Below, piece by piece: positions 49,349 through 57,529 of a stretch of 64,000 nucleotides of DNA. Location: assembly GCA_035934995.1 (NCBI GenBank), contig DASYXI010000031.1, forward strand, positions 2,357-66,356, given 5' to 3'. Under the pieces are notes generated by a model, which saw only the letters and a list, made by a program, of their open reading frames with translations, did no database searches and had not been told where the DNA came from. Position 1 is the first letter of the stretch. Each line of letters starts with the position of its first letter. The position numbers were made by a program, and so were the translations under genes. The DNA comes from Stellaceae bacterium (GTDB lineage Bacteria > Pseudomonadota > Alphaproteobacteria > ATCC43930 > CGMCC-115725).

Positions 49349-50632
49349 TTATACCGAGGCGTGCGGCATCCCGAGGCGCGCTGTCAGTGCTTCGGCCGCC
49401 GCCGGCAGGAAGGCTTTCGCATCCGGCAAGATCACCGCCGCCGAGCGCACATGGTGGTGCGCCGGGTCGACGCCGGGCGGCACGGTGCCTTGTTCGGTAA
49501 GCGCCTTGAGCGCCGCGAGCAGGCGATTGCGCGCCAGGATGATGCCGTTGTCGGTCGAGACGAGATTTTCGCGGCTGCGATCGACGATGGGTCCCATGCT
49601 CTCTTGCAGGCTGGCGTCCTGCATCGAGATGCCTTCGACGCCGCTGAAGCTGCGTCCGGCCTTCTGTGCCGCGCGGTCCATCAAATAGTCGTTGTCCTTG
49701 TTGGCGCGCGGGCGGTAGGTGCCGGGCACGTATTTCACGTGGACGCCATGGCCGTCGCGCATCGCTGCGACCTCGGCCTTGGCAAGGGCGCGCGTCGGAT
49801 GATAGTCGAAGCTCCACGCCCAGCAATTCTCGTCGTCGATCGGGATCCAGAAATGGCCGTGCACCGGGTAATCGGACCGCGGCGGCACGATGGTGACGCA
49901 CGGCATGACCCATGGCGTGACGCGCCAGTACCAGTTGCCGTTTTCCGCCTTGCGCCGCGCACCGACGAACAAGCCGCCCGGCGCCTCGACCACCTCGAAA
50001 TGCGGCTGGGCGTCGTCGAGGTTGTATTGATTCGACCTGGCACCCTTGAACAGCGGGTCGGTGTTGAGCGTGGCGCGGTGCAGGAAAGAAACGTGGCTTG
50101 AATCGATGCCGCCTTCGAGCGCCTGAAGCCAATTGCATTCTTGCAGACGTTTCGAAACGAAGCGCTGCTCGGACGTCACCAACGCAAATTCGTATTCAGG
50201 CAACGGCGGTTGCTTTTCCGGCGGCCCCATGTAGGTCCACAGAATGCCGCCGCGCGCGATCAGCGGACATGAGGTCAGCTTGATGCGCTTGCAGAACCCG
50301 CTTTCGGGTTCGGACGGCACCTCGACGCACTGCCCGGAGACGTCGTATTTCCAGCCGTGATAGGCGCAGCGGATGCCGCCTTCCTCGTTGCGCCCAAACC
50401 ACAGCGACGTGCGACGATGCGCACAGAATTCGTCGATCAGCCCGAGCCGACCGCCGCTGTCGCGCAACGCCAGCAAGCGCTCGCCAAGCAGGTGGACGCG
50501 GACCGGCGGGCAATCGTTCTCGGGCAGTTCCTCCTCGAGCAGCGCCGGTAGCCAATAGCTGCGGAACATCCGGCCCATGGCGGTGCCAGGCCCGGTACGG
50601 GTCAGAAGTTCGTTCTGCTCGCGTTTGAGCAC
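49349..50632 (-). CDS. Rieske [2Fe-2S] aromatic-ring/non-heme iron oxygenase, alpha-subunit-only (phthalate-family type)
   Basis: 427-aa ORF. Rieske motif CAHRRTSLWFGRNEEGGIRCAYHGW and mononuclear iron motif DSSHVSFLH. Confidence 0.85.
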   Translation of the reverse strand: MLKREQNELLTRTGPGTAMGRMFRSYWLPALLEEELPENDCPPVRVHLLGERLLALRDSGGRLGLIDEFCAHRRTSLWFGRNEEGGIRCAYHGWKYDVSGQCVEVPSEPESGFCKRIKLTSCPLIARGGILWTYMGPPEKQPPLPEYEFALVTSEQRFVSKRLQECNWLQALEGGIDSSHVSFLHRATLNTDPLFKGARSNQYNLDDAQPHFEVVEAPGGLFVGARRKAENGNWYWRVTPWVMPCVTIVPPRSDYPVHGHFWIPIDDENCWAWSFDYHPTRALAKAEVAAMRDGHGVHVKYVPGTYRPRANKDNDYLMDRAAQKAGRSFSGVEGISMQDASLQESMGPIVDRSRENLVSTDNGIILARNRLLAALKALTEQGTVPPGVDPAHHHVRSAAVILPDAKAFLPAAAEALTARLGMPHASV

Positions 50633-50662
50633 CGCGGCATCATAGCGCGCGCCGGATGGGAC

Positions 50663-51331
50663 TCAAAACGTCTCGCGCCAGGGCCGCAATTCGATCTCCC
50701 AGCTCCAAGTGCTGCGCGCCTGGCGATGGAGCTGAAGGTAGGTTTGCGCGATGGCGTCGGGATCAAGTCGGCTATCGTCATCGCTGCGGCCGATGGCGCC
50801 GTCGATCACGATATGGCCGACATGGATGTTCTGCGGCTGCAGTTCGCGCGCAAGCGCCTGGGCAAGGCCGCGCAACGCGAATTTACCCATCGCGAAGGGC
50901 GCCGATTTTGGATAACCCTTGACGCTCGCCGATGCACCGGTGAAGAGCAGCGTGCCGCCGCCTTTTTGCAGGAACGTACGCGCCGCCTGCTGCGCCACCA
51001 AGAAGCCGCCATAGGCGAGGCTCATCAACGACTGCTGCACGGCGGCGACGTCCACGTCGGCGATACTGCCACGCACGCGTTGTCCGGCGTTGTAGACCAC
51101 GAGATCGGGTGCGCCGAGTTCGGTGGTAACGTGCGCGAACAACGTCGTAACGTCGGCTGGCTTGGTGGCGTCGCAGGGATAGGCGCGGGCGCCCGTTTGG
51201 GCGCACAACGTTTCGAGCTTGCGGATATCGCGCGCCGCCAATGCAACACGCATGCCCTCTTTGGCGAAGAGCCGGGCAAGGGCGGCGCTCAATCCGCTGC
51301 CGGCACCGACGATGAGGGCGGTTTCCGGCAT
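50663..51331 (-). CDS. SDR family oxidoreductase
   Basis: 222-aa ORF with ALIVGAGSGLSAALARLFAKEG; 30 nt upstream of the Rieske gene. Confidence 0.8.
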   Translation of the reverse strand: MPETALIVGAGSGLSAALARLFAKEGMRVALAARDIRKLETLCAQTGARAYPCDATKPADVTTLFAHVTTELGAPDLVVYNAGQRVRGSIADVDVAAVQQSLMSLAYGGFLVAQQAARTFLQKGGGTLLFTGASASVKGYPKSAPFAMGKFALRGLAQALARELQPQNIHVGHIVIDGAIGRSDDDSRLDPDAIAQTYLQLHRQARSTWSWEIELRPWRETF

Positions 51332-51359
51332 GCGCGCTCTCGGTTTCGGGTGGTCGGTC

Positions 51360-52079
51360 TCAGTCGTTCCGGTCGGGCAGGAGCGCCTCGGCCGCGTCGC
51401 GCACGGCAGCGCGTTTCAACGCCTCGCGCTTCAGTTCGACCATCACGGGTTTTTGCTGCCGCGCACGCACCAAGCCGGGATTGACATGCGTCGCCGGTCC
51501 GGCCGCGAGCAGGCGAAAGCCGATCAACTGCGGCGCGCCGGTCGTGCCGCCAAGCTCGGCTTCCACTTCCTGGCCCTTGAACAGCCGAGTGATGTTGCTG
51601 CGCTCGAGCAATGGTGGCTCGAACGGCAGATCGCCGCTGACGCCTTGCAAGCGCAATGCGCCGCGGCGGGTTTGCGGATCGAACCAGCGGACGACGCCGC
51701 GCGTCAGCCGCTCGCGGCTTGGCGGTGGCGTCAGCGGCGCGACCACAACCGGCTCCTTGTCCTTAACTTCGGCGCGGCGCAGCAGCGTTGGCGCGGGCGT
51801 TGGCGCGGCTTTGGTTTCAGCCGGAGTCGACGCGATTGGCGCGGCCTCGGCGCGCGGCTTGCGACCGCGGCGTTTGGGTGCGACCGATATGGCATCGGCT
51901 TCATCCGGCGCGGCTTGGTCGTTTTGCTGCGCGGCGCCTTCGAGCGGCCGGGTACCGTTCAGGCCCGCCAGCGTGCGATGCACAACGTCGATCAGTTGCG
52001 GAATTTCCTGATGCGCCGTCTGCCGCTCCGCCAGGAGTTTGGCAATCATGCGTGCGGTATTCGCCGTCGCAGAAGACAT
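51360..52079 (-). CDS. hypothetical nucleic-acid-binding protein: MucR/Ros-like N-terminal segment, AT-hook-like basic motif, degenerate cold-shock-like domain
   Basis: 239-aa ORF with high GC3 and GGGGA 5 nt upstream. QEIPQLIDVVHRTLAGL resembles the Ros/MucR N-domain TELPGLISDVHTALSG. PKRRGRKPR motif. GVVRWFDPQTRRGALRL...LFKGQEVEAEL resembles the CSD topology but lacks RNP aromatics. Confidence 0.6.
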   Translation of the reverse strand: MSSATANTARMIAKLLAERQTAHQEIPQLIDVVHRTLAGLNGTRPLEGAAQQNDQAAPDEADAISVAPKRRGRKPRAEAAPIASTPAETKAAPTPAPTLLRRAEVKDKEPVVVAPLTPPPSRERLTRGVVRWFDPQTRRGALRLQGVSGDLPFEPPLLERSNITRLFKGQEVEAELGGTTGAPQLIGFRLLAAGPATHVNPGLVRARQQKPVMVELKREALKRAAVRDAAEALLPDRND

Positions 52080-52436
52080 CGTGGTCCCCTGTGTTCACTG
52101 ATGGACTGAAACGGCCGCCGGGCGGCGGCACGGGAAGAATGGACGGGACCGGCGGCATCGATCAGTCGTAACCGCGGTCCGAGTGGGAAATCTCTCATAG
52201 CACGTCGCCGACCTTTGGCAAACGGTACGTTGAGCTGCAAAACGCAATACGGTGGATAAAAATTGTCGGAGCAATGTGTGTGGTGCGAATGATAGGCAAG
52301 GCCGCGCCCGCCGCAGCGTGATCATGCTGTGTCTCGTGCGTGATCCATGCAACAGTCGCGCAGCAGCCAACGGCCCGCGGGTTTGACAGGGGCAACCGCG
52401 GATGATACCAGCGCCGTCAGGAGGTTTTCCGATTCC

Positions 52437-53255
52437 ATGCCGCGGATTTCGGTTGGCGATTGTCATCTGCATTACGAGCGTGCCGGTGGCGGCTATCCGG
52501 TGGTGTTCATCTCCGGCCTCAGCGGTCATGCGGACTATTGGCGCCAGCAGGTTCCCGTCTTCGCCAAGTCGTTCGATGTCGTGACGTTCGATCATCGCGG
52601 CGTCGGCCAGAGCGACCACAGCCGCATTTCCTACACCGTCGATCGCTTGGCGGCCGACGTGATCGGCCTGCTCGATGCGCTCGGCATCGCGCGCGTGCAT
52701 ATTGTCGGCCATTCGACCGGCGGCGCCATCGCCCAGATTCTCGGCGTCGAACATCCGCAGCGCGTCGCGAGCCTTGTAATCTGCGCCAGCTGGCCCAAGG
52801 CCGACGCTTATTTCCGCCGGCTGTTCGCGCTCCGCAAAGAGATTCTGCACAAGTTCGGACCGGCCGCCTACATCCAGACCAATTCGCTGTTCCTTTATCC
52901 GCCGTACTACATCGCCGAGAACAACGAGAAGCTTCGCCAGATGGAAGCGCAGCATTTGGCTACCTTCTCGCCGGCGGAAATCGTCATGAGCCGCATCGAC
53001 GCGATCCTGGCGTTCGACCGCACGGCCGATCTCGGCCGCATCCGCACGCCGACGCTGGTGATTGCGACCCAGGACGATGCCGTGACGCCGGCCTATTTCT
53101 CGGAACAGCTGGCGCGCGCCATTCCGGGCGCCGAAGCCAAGTTCTTGGCGCAAGGCGGCCATTCGTTCCCGCACACCATGGCGCGGGAGTTCAATCACGC
53201 GGTGCTGCCCTTCCTCGCCGCGCATACGCCCGCCGCGACCCGCCGCACCGCCTGA
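52437..53255 (+). CDS. alpha/beta-fold hydrolase
   Basis: The ORF track starts at 52347; ATG 52437 gives MPRISVGDCHLHYERAGGGYPVVFISGL. Nucleophile elbow HIVGHSTGGAIAQ. Confidence 0.85.
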   Translation: MPRISVGDCHLHYERAGGGYPVVFISGLSGHADYWRQQVPVFAKSFDVVTFDHRGVGQSDHSRISYTVDRLAADVIGLLDALGIARVHIVGHSTGGAIAQILGVEHPQRVASLVICASWPKADAYFRRLFALRKEILHKFGPAAYIQTNSLFLYPPYYIAENNEKLRQMEAQHLATFSPAEIVMSRIDAILAFDRTADLGRIRTPTLVIATQDDAVTPAYFSEQLARAIPGAEAKFLAQGGHSFPHTMAREFNHAVLPFLAAHTPAATRRTA

Positions 53256-53478
53256 ACCGCCCGATCGGGCGCGAATCGCATTAAAATCAGCCGTCAGACG
53301 AGGACTGGCGCATTCATTGGACGGCGCCGGTGGCACGCGTCCGGCGGCAAAGCCGCGATCTTCATCGATCGTTAAAAGTTATGTCGAATTCGCGGTTTAA
53401 ATTGTTCTTTCAGGATTCGAACCGACTATAGGAAGCGCGCGGCAGGCTGCGTCGCGTCCTGAGACCCTGTTTGTTCTG

Positions 53479-55161
53479 ATGATGGAAAAAACGCGGAAGA
53501 CCGACGAAGAGACGGTGCTCGCCGCGCTCGCCGCCGCGGGCGACGTTGCTTATATCTGGGACGCCGCCGGCGACCGGATCGAGTGGCACGGCGCGATCGA
53601 CGGCCTGACGCTATCGATGGTGCCGACCGGCAAGGCGCTCACCAAGCGCATCCATGCCGACGACGTGCCGTTGCGCGATCAGCGCCTCCAGGCGCATGTG
53701 CAGCGCGGCGGCGAATTCGATTGCGAATACCGCGTCCGCCTCGACAACGGCGAGTACGCCTGGGTGCACGACCGCGGCACGGCGAAAACCGTCGCCGGCA
53801 AGCTCGCGCGCATCACCGGCGTGCTGCGCCTCGTCACCTCGCGCAAGGCGGCGGAACAGCGTCTCGAGCAACTCGCGCATTACGACGAGCTCACCGGCCA
53901 CTTCAACAAGAAGCGGCTGCGCGAAGCGCTCGACCAGATCATCGCCGGCAGCATGCGCTCGGGCAGCGCCGGCGCCTATCTCGCCGTCGGCATCGACAAG
54001 CTCGGCACCATCAACGACGCCTACGGCTACAAGGCCGCCGACAGCGTCATCATCGAGGTCGGCCAGCGGCTCGATCATTGCCTGCGCGTCAGCGACGTCG
54101 TCGGCCGCGTCGGCGGCGACCGGTTCGGCATCGTCCTCGCCGATTGCGCCGAGCAGCACGTCGCCGTCGCCGCCGAGAAGATTCTCTCCGCCGTCAGCCA
54201 AGTGCCGATCGACACCGCCGCCGGGCCGGTCTATGCCACGGTATCGATCGGCTCGGCCGCCTTTCCCGAACAGGCCAAGACCTCGCACGACGTCATGACC
54301 AACGCCGAGACCGCGCTCGCCGAGGCGAAGCGCGCCGGCCGCGATTGCTTCGTGCCCTATCGCCTGTCCGAGGAGCAGCGCCGCCGCCATCGTCACGGCC
54401 TGGCGCTGGGCGAGCGCGTGCAGCGCGCGCTCAAGGAAAATCGTCTGGTCTTCGCCTATCAGCCGGTGGTCTCGGCCGAGAACGGCGCGGTCGATTTCAG
54501 CGAGTGCCTGCTGCGCATGATCGCCGAGGACGGCAAGATCGTGCCGGCCGGCGATTTCGTCGCCGCGATCGAGCAGCTGGGCTTCATCCGTCTGATCGAT
54601 CGCTACGTGCTCGACAAGGCGGTGCAGGAAGTCGCCGAGCATCCCGGCGTCACGCTGGGCTTCAACATCTCGGGCCTGACCGCGACCGACCGCTCGTGGC
54701 TGCGCGCCATCACCTCGATCCTGAAGAACCGGCCGGCCGTCGCCAACCGCCTGGTGGTCGAGATCACCGAAACCGCCGCGCTGCACGACATCGCCGAAAG
54801 CGCGCGCTTCGTGCGCACCTTGCGCGATCTCGGCTGCCGCGTCGCGCTCGACGATTTCGGCGCCGGGTTTACCTCTCTGCGCCATCTCCAGCAGCTCGCG
54901 GTCGACACCGTCAAGATCGACGGCTCGTTCGTCCGCAATCTCGCGACCAACGCCGAGAACCAGGTCTTCCTGCGCCACCTCGTCGGCTTGGCCAAGGGCC
55001 TCAACCTGACGATCGTCGCCGAATGGGTCGAGAACGCCGCCGAGGCCGAAATCCTCCGCAGCGAAGGCGTCGAGTTCCTCCAGGGCTATTTCTTCGGCGC
55101 GCCGACGCTCGAAAAGCCCTGGCTGCGCAACAGCCACGCGCACGCCGGCCTGGCGTCTTAA
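53479..55161 (+). CDS. PAS - GGDEF (degenerate, GGDRF) - EAL signalling protein, probable c-di-GMP phosphodiesterase
   Basis: 560-aa ORF. PAS-like N-terminus, GRVGGDRFGIVL in place of GGDEF. EAL domain motifs ECLLR, EITE, DDFGAGFTSL, KIDGSF and EGVEFLQGYFFG. Confidence 0.9.
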   Translation: MMEKTRKTDEETVLAALAAAGDVAYIWDAAGDRIEWHGAIDGLTLSMVPTGKALTKRIHADDVPLRDQRLQAHVQRGGEFDCEYRVRLDNGEYAWVHDRGTAKTVAGKLARITGVLRLVTSRKAAEQRLEQLAHYDELTGHFNKKRLREALDQIIAGSMRSGSAGAYLAVGIDKLGTINDAYGYKAADSVIIEVGQRLDHCLRVSDVVGRVGGDRFGIVLADCAEQHVAVAAEKILSAVSQVPIDTAAGPVYATVSIGSAAFPEQAKTSHDVMTNAETALAEAKRAGRDCFVPYRLSEEQRRRHRHGLALGERVQRALKENRLVFAYQPVVSAENGAVDFSECLLRMIAEDGKIVPAGDFVAAIEQLGFIRLIDRYVLDKAVQEVAEHPGVTLGFNISGLTATDRSWLRAITSILKNRPAVANRLVVEITETAALHDIAESARFVRTLRDLGCRVALDDFGAGFTSLRHLQQLAVDTVKIDGSFVRNLATNAENQVFLRHLVGLAKGLNLTIVAEWVENAAEAEILRSEGVEFLQGYFFGAPTLEKPWLRNSHAHAGLAS

Positions 55162-55180
55162 GCTCTCATTTCTGAGTCAC

Positions 55181-55217
55181 GGCAAAACCCGGGCGAGGGG
55201 TTCGCCCGGGTTTTGCC
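55181..55217. terminator. bidirectional intrinsic terminator between convergent genes
   Basis: Perfect 16-bp stem GGCAAAACCCGGGCGA / TCGCCCGGGTTTTGCC with loop GGGGT. Followed by GTTTGCTTG on the plus strand. Starts 20 nt after the GGDEF-EAL stop. Confidence 0.75.
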
Positions 55218-55235
55218 GTTTGCTTGTCGAGAGTC

Positions 55236-55257
55236 GCGGCCGCTTCAGTGCGGCCGC
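55236..55257 (-). terminator. second hairpin just downstream of the small exported-peptide gene
   Basis: GCGGCCGC-TTCAGT-GCGGCCGC (8-bp stem), 6 nt after the stop at 55264..55266. Confidence 0.35.
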
Positions 55258-55263
55258 ATCGCT

Positions 55264-55431
55264 TTAGTTACCCACCGTCGGTGCCGGCCGGTCGTATGGG
55301 TTGCCATAGCTCATTGGCCGTTGCTGCTGGTAATACGGCGAGGTCGAGGGGCCGTTGTATGGGTAGCCCTGCGCCATGGCTGCGGTTGTCAGTCCGATGA
55401 GCGTCACGGCCGCGAATAGCATGCGGGTCAT
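55264..55431 (-). CDS. small exported Tyr/Pro/Gln/Gly-rich peptide (55 aa precursor)
   Basis: Within ORF 55264..55557. AAGGAG (55443..55438 on the minus strand) lies 6 nt upstream of ATG 55431. MTRMLFAAVTLIGLTTAAMA / QGYPYNGPSTSPYYQQQRPMSYGNPYDRPAPTVGN. Confidence 0.5.
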   Translation of the reverse strand: MTRMLFAAVTLIGLTTAAMAQGYPYNGPSTSPYYQQQRPMSYGNPYDRPAPTVGN

Positions 55432-55537
55432 CAGCATCTCCTTGGTTGGTGCGATGGGTCGATCCCGTGACATAGTCATCGTCTTCGCGCGATCAACCGT
55501 CTGACGCGCGATCGCTGTGAAAACGGTGTGACCGGGA

Positions 55538-56282
55538 ATGGGCCGCTTCGAAACCACCGCACAAACTTACGCGGCGCACCGCGAACCCTATCCGCCGGAA
55601 TTTTTTTCGGCGGTGGCCGGCGCGCTGAAGCTCGATGGGCGCGAAGCCTTGATCGATCTCGGCACCGGGCCGGGGCTTCTGGCGCTCGGTTTCGCGCCTT
55701 ATGTCGGCCGCATCGTCGGCGTCGATCCCGAGCCGGCGATGATCGCCGAAGCGCGGCGTGCGGCGGCCGCCGCGCGGGTCGAATTTCGGCTGCTCGAAGG
55801 CCGCGCCGAAGACGTGCCGGCCAACCTCGGCCCCTTCGATCTCGTCACCATCGGCCGCGCGCTCCATTGGCTGGACCGCGACGCTGGCGGCCTTCGATCG
55901 AATTCTGGCGCCGAACGGCCGCATCCTGATTTGCGGCGCGAGCCCGTTCGCCGACGAAACCAATCCCTGGCGTCCGGCCTATGAATCCGTGCTGGTCGCC
56001 TGGGGCGATGCCCGCGAGGGGCGGCACCATCGGGTGCACGAAAACTGGTTCGACGGCACCCGCTTTGCCGAAGTTGCCAAAGTGACGGCGATGCACCGGC
56101 ACAAAGTCGGCCCGCAAGATCTGGTCGAACGCGCCTTGACCCGGTCGACCAGTTCGCCCGCAATCCTGGGCTCGCGCCTACAGGCGTTTCGCACCGACAT
56201 GCTCGCGGCGCTGACGCCGTTCTTCCCCAACGGCGTCGCCGATGAAGTGATCGAAGCCCGCGCGACGATTTTCGCGGCTTAG
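55538..56282 (+). pseudogene. class I SAM-dependent methyltransferase interrupted by a frameshift (or sequencing error) near 55877..55882
   Basis: ORF 55538..55984 carries the SAM motif LIDLGTGPGLLALGFA and ends ...GRALHWLDRD then nonsense. ORF 55758..56282 (next frame) continues ATLAAFDRILAPNGRILICG... to a normal C-terminus. Joined length is about 248 aa. Confidence 0.7.
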
Positions 56283-56301
56283 TCCCTCGCATCGATCGCT
56301 T

Positions 56302-56442
56302 CACCACGGAGACGCAAAGAGCACGGAGATTCTGCACGTCATTGCGAGCGCCGGAGGCGCGAAGCAATCCAGATTCTGGATCGCTTCGGCGCTGCGCGCC
56401 TCGCGAAGACGGGCGGCTCCGTGCTCTCCGTGTCTCTGTGGT
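56302..56442. repeat. REP/MITE-like element copy A: 73-bp palindromic core flanked by about 27-bp inverted arms
   Basis: Core 56338..56410: GTCATTGCGAGCGCC..GCGAAGCAATCCAG / CTGGATCGCTTCGGCGC..GCCTCGCGAAGAC. Arms CACCACGGAGACGCAAAGAGCACGGAG (56302..56328) and CTCCGTGCTCTCCGTGTCTCTGTGGT (56417..56442). Confidence 0.85.
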
Positions 56443-56456
56443 AATGGCTTTTAAGT

Positions 56457-57086
56457 TTACGGCTTCGGCTTGCTGAACTGTTCGATCTGGCGCTGGAGCG
56501 CGTTGATGCGCTCCTTGAGGTCGGCCATCGCCGCGTCCTTGTCCTTCTCAGGCGGCTTCTCCGCCGCGCCTTGGCCCGTGCCGCCGCCGGCGAAAGGCGG
56601 CGTGAACATCTTCATCGTCTGTTCGAAAAGCGCGAGGTTCTGCTTGCCCATCTCCTCGAACTGGCCGAACGGGAACATGCCGCCGAACGCGTCCTGGAGC
56701 GATTTGCGCATCTGCTCCTGGTTGCGGCCGAACGCCGCCATCACGTGCTCGAGATAGCGCGGCACCAGCCACTGCATGCTGTCGCCGTAAAGCCCGATGA
56801 GCTGGCGCAGGAAACTCGTCGGCAGCAAATTCTGCCCGCTCTTCTGTTCTTCCTCGACGATGATCTGCGTCAGGACCGAGCGCGTGATGTCCTCGCCGGT
56901 CTTGGCGTCGTAGACGACGAACTCGCCGCCGTCCTTCACCATCTTGGAGAGGTCGTCGAGCGTGACGTAGCTGCTGGTCGCCGTGTTGTAGAGCCGCCGA
57001 TTGGCGTATTTCTTGATGACGGTCGGCGCTTCGGCGCCGCCGCCGGAAGGGCCTGAAGCTGCCGCGTGGGCGGTATCCGCTGCCAT
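56457..57086 (-). CDS. phaR: polyhydroxyalkanoate synthesis repressor PhaR
   Basis: VIKKYANRRLYNTATSSYVTLDDLSKMVKDGGEFVVYDAKTGEDITRSVLTQII is the PhaR signature. ATG 57086 chosen; TTG 57125 is possible. Confidence 0.9.
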   Translation of the reverse strand: MAADTAHAAASGPSGGGAEAPTVIKKYANRRLYNTATSSYVTLDDLSKMVKDGGEFVVYDAKTGEDITRSVLTQIIVEEEQKSGQNLLPTSFLRQLIGLYGDSMQWLVPRYLEHVMAAFGRNQEQMRKSLQDAFGGMFPFGQFEEMGKQNLALFEQTMKMFTPPFAGGGTGQGAAEKPPEKDKDAAMADLKERINALQRQIEQFSKPKP

Positions 57087-57146
57087 GGGTGCGAGTGTAC
57101 AGGCGCTTATGCCGCGCTGCAACAAAGCGCGAGTCGCGCTTTATCC

Positions 57147-57229
57147 GTCATCGCGAGGCGTGTCACGCCGAAGCGATCCAGAGCGGTTAACGGCTGGATT
57201 GCTTCGCGCCCAGCGGCGCTCGCAATGAC
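57147..57229. repeat. REP/MITE-like element copy B (core only, inverted relative to copy A)
   Basis: GTCATCGCGAGGCG..GCCGAAGCGATCCAG / CTGGATTGCTTCGCGCC..GCGCTCGCAATGAC. The half-sites are in the opposite order to copies A, C and D. Confidence 0.85.
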
Positions 57230-57239
57230 AAGCGGGCCT

Positions 57240-57440
57240 TCAGGACTCCGGCGGCCGCTTTCGGCGCTCCTGCGCCCGGATGGCGAGAAATCCCCCGATC
57301 TCGAGCGCGATGATCGCGGCCCAACCCCAATTCGACCAATAGGCGAGATTCGGCGAGTCCGAATTGGTTGCCGCGTACCAGAACACCGCATAGACCCACG
57401 GAATGATGCTCACGGCTTGAAGGAGAATCTTGTTTGGCAC
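57240..57440 (-). CDS. hypothetical small membrane protein (66 aa, two TM segments)
   Basis: GTG start with GGAG 5 nt upstream. GC3 about 70 percent by hand count. Hydrophobic segments AVSIIPWVYAVFWYAA and WGWAAIIALEIGGFLAI. Confidence 0.4.
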   Translation of the reverse strand: MPNKILLQAVSIIPWVYAVFWYAATNSDSPNLAYWSNWGWAAIIALEIGGFLAIRAQERRKRPPES

Positions 57441-57493
57441 GGCAGCTCCGGTAATGCGCGAGAGGATGCGGACAGCTTACCGGCCCGCCGGCT

Positions 57494-57522
57494 TTGTCGC
57501 CAGCCGCGTGCGCCGCTATAAT
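57494..57522 (+). promoter_or_regulatory. sigma70-like promoter, would give a leaderless mRNA starting at the ATG 57530
   Basis: TTGTCG (57494..57499), a 17-nt spacer, TATAAT (57517..57522), then 7 nt to ATG 57530. No Shine-Dalgarno sequence in between. Confidence 0.35.
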
Positions 57523-57529
57523 CCGCCCC

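Noticed and set aside
52095-53336. 413-aa minus-strand ORF opposite the alpha/beta hydrolase
   Set aside because: The plus-strand frame carries the GHSTG nucleophile elbow and a normal hydrolase layout. The antisense product is Arg-rich with no motif.
53583-55175. 530-aa plus-strand alternate-frame ORF and 510-aa minus-strand ORF (53611..55143) overlapping the GGDEF-EAL gene
   Set aside because: Both translate to Arg/Ala/Pro/Gly low complexity. Only the 53479..55161 frame shows PAS, GGDEF and EAL motifs.
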